53,946 nt of DNA, taken from NCBI GenBank assembly GCA_964505305.1, contig CAZDHE010000003.1, positions 1 to 53,946 on the forward strand, in the 5' to 3' direction. Origin of the DNA: an uncultured Bdellovibrionales bacterium (lineage in GTDB: Bacteria > Patescibacteriota > Minisyncoccia > Moranbacterales > DUUL01). Positions 28,293 to 36,674 of this stretch are shown here, one piece after another (position 1 is the stretch's first letter; each line of letters begins with the position of its first letter). Below the pieces are notes generated by a model that ran no database searches, had not been told where the DNA came from, and saw only the letters and a program-made list of their open reading frames with translations. The translations under genes were made by a program, and so were the position numbers.

Positions 28293-29921
28293 TCAAGTAA
28301 ACATTATCCATACCCCGATCAATCCATAACACAAAACCCCCGCAAAAAGCCATCCGTAAAGCCAACTCACTTTTATTTCTTTTTTTGCAACAACAAAAAA
28401 ACTTACCGAACCGAACAAAACAGCCCAAGGGAAAAGTTTGTTTTCATTAAATACATAAACAGAAAACAAATAAAAAAACAAAATCAGGGAAGCCAGCGCA
28501 AGCTTAGCATTTCTTAATCCGATTAAGACCGGCAAGGTATAAATTTTCTCTCTTCTATCACCCTCCACGTCTCTCAAATCTTTTATAGATAAAACAAAAA
28601 AATAAGCAAGGCCCAGAAAGCCAATTACCTCCCAAGAAATACCACTAAACAAATCACCCCCGGAAAAAACCAGAAAGCCTATTCCCAAAAAAAGCAAAGA
28701 GGCGGTCGCCGAAATCAAATTAGCCACTCCGAAAAACTTCTTTAATCGAAATGGATAAGCCGAATAAATCCAAGTCAATAAGTGATAAAAGACTATCAAT
28801 AAAAAAATCACCGGTGAAAAAAGCAGCGCTATAATTAAAGACAAAAACAAAAAAACCAAACCGTAATCCATATACTCTCTTTTTTTCACAATCCCGGAAA
28901 CCAAGGGTCTATCCGGGTTGGAAATTTTGTCAATTTCCGCATCAAAAATATCATTAATAAAAACCGAAAAAAACCAAGCGCAAAAAACCATCAAAATTAA
29001 ATTCAAAATGCCCACAAAATGAAAAATATCCCAACCAAATCTTTCCGGGTAATAAAACCACCCCAAACCCAAACCGATAAATAAAAGCCCTCCGTTAAAA
29101 AACATCTGGGGAAAACGAATATTTTTCAATAAAGCCTTGAATTTGGTTTTTTGGCTCAAATAAAAATAAACAAAAAGAGTTAAAAAAATCAAAAGAGTAT
29201 AAAAAAGCGCTAATTTTCTGGGCAAAAAAGCTTTCCAAACCTCCCCTTTAATCCCAAAAAACTCAAAAGGGGACATAAAAACACTCGCCACGTTAAAATC
29301 TTGCACCAACCAAATACCCTCTCCTTTCAGCAAGCTCATCAACAACACTACCAAGCTGGGAAAAACCCCGAAAAGATAAAAAATAAAGTAACTCAACAAA
29401 ACAAATCCGGCAGATGACTTAAAACTCGCCTTTTTGTGATAAACATAAATAAACAACAAAAATAAAACCAGTAAAATTTCCACCCTGGTTCCCAGAGTTA
29501 TTCCCCAATGCAACCCCTCGCCAAAAAAAAGAAAGAATCTTTCCACTAATCCTCCGGCTCCATCAAAAATGTAAAAACTCTTAAATTCTTTTCCTTGGGC
29601 AATAAAAGCCGCCCAATCAATCAAGGGAGGGAGAATTATCACCCAGAAACCCCACAACAAAACTGAAGAGGTTTTTTTAATATTTTCCTTTAAAAAGAAA
29701 GTTAATAAAAAAACAAAAACCAAATAAACCAATAAGAAAAACAAAAAAGTATGCAAAAAAAGCACCAAGAAATCTTCCAAATCCCGCTTTGGAAAACCCA
29801 AAATTAACGCCTCCACAAAAAGCCTTACGGCAATAATAGCTGTAAAACCGCCTATCCAGCTTTTAAAATTAAGCGGGACGCTTTCTATATAACAAATTAT
29901 TTTTTGAATCAAATTACCCAT
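28293..29921 (-). CDS. UbiA-family prenyltransferase with additional N-terminal membrane domain
   Basis: NDIFDAEIDKISNPDRPLVSG, YSAYPFRLK, KDLRDVEGD in the C-terminal half. Confidence 0.85.
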   Translation of the reverse strand: MGNLIQKIICYIESVPLNFKSWIGGFTAIIAVRLFVEALILGFPKRDLEDFLVLFLHTFLFFLLVYLVFVFLLTFFLKENIKKTSSVLLWGFWVIILPPLIDWAAFIAQGKEFKSFYIFDGAGGLVERFFLFFGEGLHWGITLGTRVEILLVLFLLFIYVYHKKASFKSSAGFVLLSYFIFYLFGVFPSLVVLLMSLLKGEGIWLVQDFNVASVFMSPFEFFGIKGEVWKAFLPRKLALFYTLLIFLTLFVYFYLSQKTKFKALLKNIRFPQMFFNGGLLFIGLGLGWFYYPERFGWDIFHFVGILNLILMVFCAWFFSVFINDIFDAEIDKISNPDRPLVSGIVKKREYMDYGLVFLFLSLIIALLFSPVIFLLIVFYHLLTWIYSAYPFRLKKFFGVANLISATASLLFLGIGFLVFSGGDLFSGISWEVIGFLGLAYFFVLSIKDLRDVEGDRREKIYTLPVLIGLRNAKLALASLILFFYLFSVYVFNENKLFPWAVLFGSVSFFVVAKKEIKVSWLYGWLFAGVLCYGLIGVWIMFT

Positions 29922-29941
29922 TTTGAAAAATTCTTGAAAAT

Positions 29942-30229
29942 TTATTTTACTATTATTTTCCCAACCGCTTTTTGTTTTAATTTGGAATTAATATTTTTTA
30001 TGATTTCCCCGCTTCTCAATTTAACCTCACTTCTCCAAACAGAAGACTCCATTTTCAAAAACAAATTGCCTTCCTCAAAGTCAACTATTTCAATATTCTG
30101 TTTTCCAACCTCTCCAAATAAGCTCTTCACAATTTCCTCTGTCAAACCAAGAATTAAATGTTTATCTTTTTTGAGATTTTGCTGCTTGTTAACCCTGCCT
30201 TCTAAAACTTTTTGAAAATTATTCCACAT
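29942..30229 (-). CDS. DciA/DUF721 family helicase-loader-like protein
   Basis: GNLFLKMESSVWRSEV...IIKNIN pattern; position directly after dnaN. Confidence 0.7.
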   Translation of the reverse strand: MWNNFQKVLEGRVNKQQNLKKDKHLILGLTEEIVKSLFGEVGKQNIEIVDFEEGNLFLKMESSVWRSEVKLRSGEIIKNINSKLKQKAVGKIIVK

Positions 30230-30351
30230 AATATCAACAGTTAAAAATTACCAATTCCAAATCCTTAATACCCCGATAAAAATGACTAATTTATCAGCGG
30301 ACTGAAGTTCGACTTCAGTATCCATAAATAAAAAACTATATACATAACAAA

Positions 30352-31515
30352 TTAATCTTTTACAATAGGCATTACAATATAAGAATAATCGGGGTTTTCT
30401 TTATTATTTTTATTAAAACCTCTAATTAAGGCCGGTGATTTTTGCTGATTTAATTTTAACACAATATTTTCATTAAAAGACTTAACCACATTTAACCCGT
30501 CAATTAAAAACCTGCAGTTAAAAACAACTTCAAAATCATCACCCTTTGATTCCATTTTAAGCGCCGATTTATTCTCGCCCGCTTCCGAGGATTGAGATAA
30601 AATTTCCAAAGTATCCTCCTTACTCTCTTTTTTATTGCTCTCTTTTTTTAAAATAACCTCGCCATCGCCATCAGAAGAAACCAATAAAGCTATCTTTAAA
30701 GCGCTTAAAAATTCTTCTTTGTTTAAAACTAATTCAATAGAATATTTTTCCGGTAAAATTTGTTTGTAATCGGGATAATTACCATTTATCAAGCGAGAGA
30801 TTATTTTTACAGTGTTGCTTTTCAAAAATAATTGGTTTTGACTAATTACAACCTTAAAACTATCCCCGGTTAAAACCCTTTGTAACTCACTAAAAGCTAT
30901 AGAAGGGGCAATAACAGAGTTATTACTTCCCAAGAAAGCTTTAAATTCTTCGCTGTTTTTTGATTTATCCAACCTCACAGCAGCCTCGCTTAACCTACAG
31001 CTATCCGTTGAGGCTAAAATTATTTGATCCTCGCTCATTTCCATATAAATACCGTTTAATTCCTGGCGGGTATCATTATGAGCAACAGAGCTTAATACAA
31101 TAGGAATAGTGTTTATTAGATCCTCCGTTTTTAACTCAAAAAAATGTTCTGATGGAAATTCCGGAATAATGGGGTAATCATTGGCATCCATCCCTCTGAT
31201 CTTCATACTGTGATTTTGAGTTGTAATTTTTAAATCATTATCCACCAACTCACCTTTAATAATTTCATCTTTAACCCCCGACAAAAAACCGTTTAACATC
31301 TTAGCCGGAACAGTAATCTCACCCTCTTTTTCTATCTTAGCTCCAATATATGTTTCAATAGCTATTTCCAAATTAGTAGAGGCTATTAAAAGCCTTCCTT
31401 TCTGGGTTTTAATTAAAATATTAGATAAAATTGGAAGACTGGGTTGTTTGGATACAATTCTTTCCACTTGAGAGATTGCTTCTTTCAGATTTATCTTTTT
31501 ACAATTAAATTTCAT
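30352..31515 (-). CDS. dnaN: DNA polymerase III beta sliding clamp
   Basis: LPILSNILI, STNLE, STDSCRL, SRLINGNYPDY, IVMPI. Confidence 0.96.
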   Translation of the reverse strand: MKFNCKKINLKEAISQVERIVSKQPSLPILSNILIKTQKGRLLIASTNLEIAIETYIGAKIEKEGEITVPAKMLNGFLSGVKDEIIKGELVDNDLKITTQNHSMKIRGMDANDYPIIPEFPSEHFFELKTEDLINTIPIVLSSVAHNDTRQELNGIYMEMSEDQIILASTDSCRLSEAAVRLDKSKNSEEFKAFLGSNNSVIAPSIAFSELQRVLTGDSFKVVISQNQLFLKSNTVKIISRLINGNYPDYKQILPEKYSIELVLNKEEFLSALKIALLVSSDGDGEVILKKESNKKESKEDTLEILSQSSEAGENKSALKMESKGDDFEVVFNCRFLIDGLNVVKSFNENIVLKLNQQKSPALIRGFNKNNKENPDYSYIVMPIVKD

Positions 31516-31756
31516 ATAATTTATTTACTTATTACTTATATTATATTAAGAAACTAAAATTTGTTGATAAGTTAGTTTTTTACCTTTTTTAAAGACAAAA
31601 ACTTGTTAATAAAAGTGTTTAATTTTTTAGTGATAAGCGAGTTAATAAGGTTAACTGAAATGTTGATAAAAAACTCTTTTTTAAAAATTAACAATTTATT
31701 AACAGTAAATTTTAAAAATCTTTAACAATTTATTAATAAATTTTCAACAAATAATT
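31516..31756. promoter_or_regulatory. Putative oriC unwinding region between dnaA and dnaN
   Basis: Very AT-rich; DnaA-box variants TGTTGATAA (31562, 31661), TGTTAATAA (31604), TTATTAACA (31696), TTTTCAACA (31741); trinucleotide-like tract 31521-31550. Confidence 0.7.
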
Positions 31757-33199
31757 TTAATAATCAATATACTTTTCTCTGATAAATTTTATTTGATCTT
31801 TAAGAATTTTATTGGAAGATAATTCTTTTTCTATTTTTTTATTGGCATACATGGCGGTGGAATGATCTCTCCCTCCCACGTTTTTACCAACCTCTGGAAA
31901 GGATAAGTTTAAATCTTTTCTTAAAAGGTAAATAGCCACTTGCCGAGGTCTGATAGATTGTTTTTTTCTTCCTTTTTCGTAAATATCACTTGGTTTTATG
32001 TCAAAAAATTCCGCCACCGCCTTGATTATTTTGTCTTTGTCTAAATTTTTTTGCCTATTGGTCGAAATTAAATCTTCCGTTATTTCCATTACCTCTTTTA
32101 AGGATGGCTCCTTGTTTCTTAATTGGTAGGTAACGATTATTTTATTTAGAGCGCCCTCCAGTTCTCTTATATTGTGATAAATATTTTCCGCTAAGTAATT
32201 TACTATCTCCTCACTAAGAAAGAATTTTTTCTCTTGAATTTTTCTCTTGATTATAGCTAAGCGGGTTTCTATGTCGGGTTTATTTACATCAGCCATCATT
32301 CCGCCTTCAAATCTGGACCTCAGCCTATCTTCCAGGGTGGGAATAGACTTGGGCGGCCGGTCTGAACTGATTATTATTTGTTTTCCGTGTTGATAAAGCG
32401 ATTCAAAAACATGAAAAAACTCCTCCTGGGTTTTTTCTTTTCCGGACAAAAATTGCGCGTCATCTATAATCAAAACATCCAAACGAATGTATTCATCTTT
32501 AAACTCTTTTGCCTTGGAAGATTGAATGGCGCTTATTAATTCATTGGCAAAGCGTTCCATTCCTATGTATTTGACTCTATTTTTTTCGCCTTTGCGAGTT
32601 ATGTGGTTGCCGGTGGCTTGAAGAAGATGGGTTTTTCCCAGCCCCACCCCCCCATATATAAACAAGGGGTTATATTCAGTGCCGGGATTTTCAGCTACTG
32701 ATTTACAGGCGGCATAAGCCAAATCGTTGTTGGAGCCCACCACGTAAGAGTCAAAATGATATTTGGGATTTAAATTGGAATAAAAGTTTTGATTGTTGTT
32801 CAAGAAGTGATTAGTAGCGGATTTTTGATTTTTATTAAATTGTTGTTTTCCCGAGTTGTTTTTTTGTTTATATTTTGTTGATAAGTTTACGGGATGGTTT
32901 CCGGAGTGGTTTACTATTGAGTCTACACTTTTTTGGTTTTTAGCTTGAGGAATTTCTGTATTTAAAAAACAAGACAACTTATTTATTCCGGGATCGTGGC
33001 GTCTTAGGGTTTCTAAAATAATACCTTTGTATTTTTTTTCCAGCCACTCTTTGGCAAAGATATTTGGAACTATTATTTTAATTTCCCCTTCTTCTATTTT
33101 GTAAATAGAAGTATTCTTAAACCAGGTAGTAAAACTTGCTTTGGAAACGGATAGCTCTATTTCCCCCAAGGCTATTTTCCACAGTTCTTCCTTGTTCAT
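31757..33199 (-). CDS. dnaA: Chromosomal replication initiator DnaA
   Basis: YNPLFIYGGVGLGKTHL, QEEFFH, RLRSRF, NIRELEGAL, GGRDHST. Confidence 0.98.
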   Translation of the reverse strand: MNKEELWKIALGEIELSVSKASFTTWFKNTSIYKIEEGEIKIIVPNIFAKEWLEKKYKGIILETLRRHDPGINKLSCFLNTEIPQAKNQKSVDSIVNHSGNHPVNLSTKYKQKNNSGKQQFNKNQKSATNHFLNNNQNFYSNLNPKYHFDSYVVGSNNDLAYAACKSVAENPGTEYNPLFIYGGVGLGKTHLLQATGNHITRKGEKNRVKYIGMERFANELISAIQSSKAKEFKDEYIRLDVLIIDDAQFLSGKEKTQEEFFHVFESLYQHGKQIIISSDRPPKSIPTLEDRLRSRFEGGMMADVNKPDIETRLAIIKRKIQEKKFFLSEEIVNYLAENIYHNIRELEGALNKIIVTYQLRNKEPSLKEVMEITEDLISTNRQKNLDKDKIIKAVAEFFDIKPSDIYEKGRKKQSIRPRQVAIYLLRKDLNLSFPEVGKNVGGRDHSTAMYANKKIEKELSSNKILKDQIKFIREKYIDY

Positions 33200-33250
33200 T
33201 GTTTTGGGCTTACTTTTGTTAACAAAGGCAAAAAACTCTTAAGTATTTTT

Positions 33251-33295
33251 ATTGTATTAAAAGAACTCTTTTAAAGCAATCTTTTATGTGGATAA
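33251..33295 (-). promoter_or_regulatory. Putative dnaA promoter with adjacent perfect DnaA box
   Basis: Minus strand TTGCTT-17 bp-TACAAT (33279-33251); TTATCCACA on the minus strand at 33287-33295. Confidence 0.65.
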
Positions 33296-33529
33296 GTTGT
33301 TGACAAAATGTTTTTAGTTTATTTAATAAGCGTTAATTATCGTTTTTTAGGTAGTGATTCTTTTTAAAGCAACCCATTGCAAAATATCACCAACTTTCCA
33401 GTCTTTGTGCTGCTTAAGTGTTTCACCAATTTTTTATTAAACAATAATATTTTAATTTGTCAAGGGTGCTGAGTTGTTGTAGTTGATTTATAAAACAAAA
33501 GATGTTGTTTTATAATTTATGTCGATTTT

Positions 33530-35583
33530 TGTTTCACGTGAAACAAAAAAACTTAAAAAGATAATCACAACAAACAAGGAGTCTAAATAATTTTTTTAAA
33601 TAACTGATGTTAAGTACATATTTTTGCTCTAATTTAACATAAGCGCATTTTTTAACTGAAGTTTGACTTCTGCATCCGCAGAATTCGAAATTCCGGCTTT
33701 CTCGCAAAAGGATTGATTTATTAAGCGCGCGTAATATTAGTTAAATAAATTTAAAAAGAACGTAATTATTTTGTTTTGATAATTGTTTCACGTGAAACAA
33801 TTTTAATAAGGTTGCTTTTTTTGAAATGGTTTTAAAGTTGTAGTGGTAAAATATTTTGTTTCACGTGAAACATTTTATTATTTCAATCTTTTTTAGTTGT
33901 TATTCAGACATTTTTCCAAGTTTATTTAAAAAATTTAATCAAGTCGAAAATAAGTAAAATAATCAAAAGAGGATTGTTTCACGTGAAACAATTCAGATAA
34001 AGCAGAATTGTTTTTTAATTTATCCTAATAAAAAGGCTTATTTTTGTTTCACGTGAAACAATTGATTTTTAATATTAGAACGCTTTTTTGTGATAGCATT
34101 TTAAAAGCATCCGATTTTTCTGGTAACTGATGAGGATGCTTTGGTTTAATTTGTTTCACGTGAAACAAAAGCGCTGTGTTGAATGTATATTTTTATCTTT
34201 TATAACGGGTTAACCTTATCTTTTTAATTTGATTAAGAAATAGAATTCAAGACAAAAGCTTCGCTTCTGAACAGCTGTGTTTAAATAACTGTATTTAATG
34301 CAAAAAAATGGATCTAATGTGATAATTTTAGTTTTAAATGTTTCACGTGAAACAAAATATAAAAGTTTTTTAAATAAAAAAAGAGTTGAGTGTGGTTTGA
34401 GATTGCATGATTAGGGGTTAACAGGGGATTTTTGATTTATTTTTAAGTTTCTTCCTCGTTATACCGGAAAGATTATATCGGTTTTGAGGAGTTTTTTTAG
34501 GACCAAGCCCCTTTTGATTAATATTATGCCTTTAAAAAACTATTCACAGAAAAAAAATAGATGGATATTTCTTTGTCAAAAATTAACATACCTAATTTTT
34601 TCCTAAAAAATCACTCATTAACACTTGTGATTAATAAATTGTTTCACGTGAAACAATTTATTATTTCAATCTTCTTTACTCATTATTTAGACAGTTTTCC
34701 ATGTTTATTTAAGGAATTTAATTAAATAGAAACAGGTAAAATAATCAAAAGAGAATTGTTTCACGTGAAACAATTTAAACAAGATTACTTTTTTAAAATG
34801 GTTTTAAAACTATAGTAGTAAGATATTTTGTTTCACGTGAAACAAAAAGACCCAGGTGTCGACAAGAGATTTTTGGTTTATTTTTAACCCCTCTTTTGTT
34901 ATGTCAGAAAACATCTTGCCGATTTCCAGGGAATTTTTTTCGAGGATAGTCCTTAATTTAAAAAGGATTAGCCCCGGAAAAATCTAATTGCAAGAAAGGG
35001 AGTAAATATTTTTAGTAAAGCTTTTTTCTTTAAAAAAGAATGTAATTATTTTGTTTTGAAAATTGTTTCACGTGAAACAATTTAAATAAAGTTAATTTTT
35101 AAAATGGTTTTAAAATTTTAGTAAGAATAAAATTTTGTTTCACGTGAAACAAAATAATCAAGATTGATTTTTTGGTACTACTATGAGATTTAGGGGGTTT
35201 CAAATAGCGCTTCGGTTGATTTTTTAGGCAAAAATAAATCTGCTTATGGAATTATGACAACCAAAAACCCTTTAGCTGATGAATCTTAATTGCTGATTAT
35301 TTTCTCAGGGCTAAGCCTTTTTAAAATGAAGGCTTAGCCTTGAGAAAAATTGGGTTGCATCAATCAATGCATGCTTAAACTTGGCATTCCAAGGAAGGAT
35401 ACCCCCCTCTTAAATCTCTCACCAGTACCAGTTTTTTAAAATAGTTGCAAGAAAAATAATTTGTTTCACGTGAAACAATTTATTAAATATTGGAACGCTG
35501 TTTTTATGTTAGTATTTTGAAAGCATCCGATTTTTCTAATAATTAATGAGAGTGTTTTAGTTTAATTTGTTTCACGTGAAACA
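33530..35583. repeat. parS: Array of 14 perfect parS palindromes TGTTTCACGTGAAACA
   Basis: Starts at 33530, 33784, 33857, 33975, 34045, 34152, 34339, 34640, 34757, 34829, 35064, 35136, 35462, 35568; matches the ParB/Spo0J consensus TGTTNCACGTGAAACA. Confidence 0.92.
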
Positions 35584-35636
35584 AGTGTGGGGTAGGGATT
35601 TACCTTGACAAACATTTAAAATTATGTTGTTAAATA

Positions 35637-35665
35637 TTGACCTTTAAATCTTTTTATGCTACTCT
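35637..35665 (+). promoter_or_regulatory. Putative promoter upstream of tRNA-Ala
   Basis: TTGACC-17 bp-TACTCT with TG extended -10. Confidence 0.45.
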
Positions 35666-35778
35666 AAAGGAAGAGTTGCTGAAAAATACACACTTGAAAT
35701 TAAGAGCCTCATTTTCCTCGTGAGCTTTATTTTAGCTTGATTATTGAATATATGTTTATTGAAAAAGTAATTTAATTC

Positions 35779-35854
35779 GGGCCTGTAGCTCAATTGGTAG
35801 AGCGCTCCCATGGCATGGGAGAGGTAGTCGGTTCAATCCCGATCAGGTCCACCA
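35779..35854 (+). tRNA. tRNA-Ala(GGC)
   Basis: GGGCCTGTAGCTCAATTGGTAGAGCG, CTCCC ATGGCAT GGGAG, encoded CCA. Confidence 0.95.
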
Positions 35855-35866
35855 ATTTTCTCTAAA

Positions 35867-36027
35867 GGGGTTGTTTCCAAACACCATTCCTACTGCAATT
35901 CCACCCTTTTTGCTAAATTTCCCAAAAATTTTTTTGCCTTAGCTCTGCTAAAGCGGCAAAAATTGTTTGAAAAATTTATCTAAAAAATCAGAAATTTCGT
36001 AACGAAATGGTGTTTGGAAACAGCCCC
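35867..36027. mobile_element. MITE-like element with 22 bp terminal inverted repeats
   Basis: GGGGTTGTTTCCAAACACCATT ... AATGGTGTTTGGAAACAGCCCC (21/22 match), non-coding, related copies at 8413 and 52110. Confidence 0.78.
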
Positions 36028-36073
36028 CTAAAAATCAAGACTGCAAGTCGCAGATTTTTAGCAAGAAAAATGA

Positions 36074-36201
36074 GTGTCCCGCTGGAAAAATTCCCCTTAA
36101 ACAAGGAATACATTGAAGAAAAACAGGCATTTTATTAAATTGAGCAATACGCGTTTAGCGTGTTGCTGTAGAATAAAGCAGTATTTTTCCCGGCGGGGCA
36201 C
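36074..36201. other. Inverted-repeat-bounded non-coding element (second MITE type or structured RNA)
   Basis: GTGTCCCGCTGGAAAAAT pairs with ATTTTTCCCGGCGGGGCAC; internal hairpin AGCAATACGC-GTTTA-GCGTGTTGCT. Confidence 0.5.
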
Positions 36202-36382
36202 CATACTTTTATTTCTATTCTTATTTCAAGACCCTTGACCTCAATTTTTTAGGTAACAAGATAAGTACCCAATTGGAAGGTATTGATCAAAATAGGTTTT
36301 TTGCCATAATAATGGCTTTTTTTGTAGGGAAAATCAAAAAATTATTCAAAATTTGAAATTCAATATTCTTAATTAAATATAC

Positions 36383-36454
36383 GCCCTCGTAGTTCAATGG
36401 ATAGAACGGAAGCCTCCTAAGCTTCAAATCCAGGTTCGACTCCTGGCGAGGGTA
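36383..36454 (+). tRNA. tRNA-Arg(CCT)
   Basis: GCCCTCGTAGTTCAATGGATAGAAC, GAAGC CTCCTAA GCTTC, GGTTCGACTCC. Confidence 0.93.
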
Positions 36455-36477
36455 CAGTTGATGGCAGGCGGATGATC

Positions 36478-36558
36478 GCCTTCTCAAGCTTCAGATTCAG
36501 ACTTGCCCGGCATACACCGGGCGTCCCGCGGATGCGGGGCGACTCCCGGCGAGGGTAC
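36478..36558 (+). pseudogene. Degenerate duplicate of the tRNA-Arg 3' half, interrupted by hairpins
   Basis: GCCTTCTCAAGCTTCAGATTCAG...CGACTCCCGGCGAGGGTAC versus GCCTCCTAAGCTTCAAATCCAG-GTT-CGACTCCTGGCGAGGGTAC. Confidence 0.6.
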
Positions 36559-36674
36559 GAGTGCAATTTTTAATTTCCAATTTTTAATTTTTAAACAAAA
36601 GAAAAAAGATCTGAAACTGCAAGGAAATTTGCAGTTTATTTGTTAATAAGGTGTGAATAGGTTATAATTTAGAT

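Noticed and set aside
33530-35583. CRISPR array
   Set aside because: The repeat is only 16 bp and equals the parS consensus; spacers are 54-310 bp, irregular and mutually homologous; no cas genes in the window
36287-36487. 66 aa minus-strand ORF
   Set aside because: Antisense to tRNA-Arg
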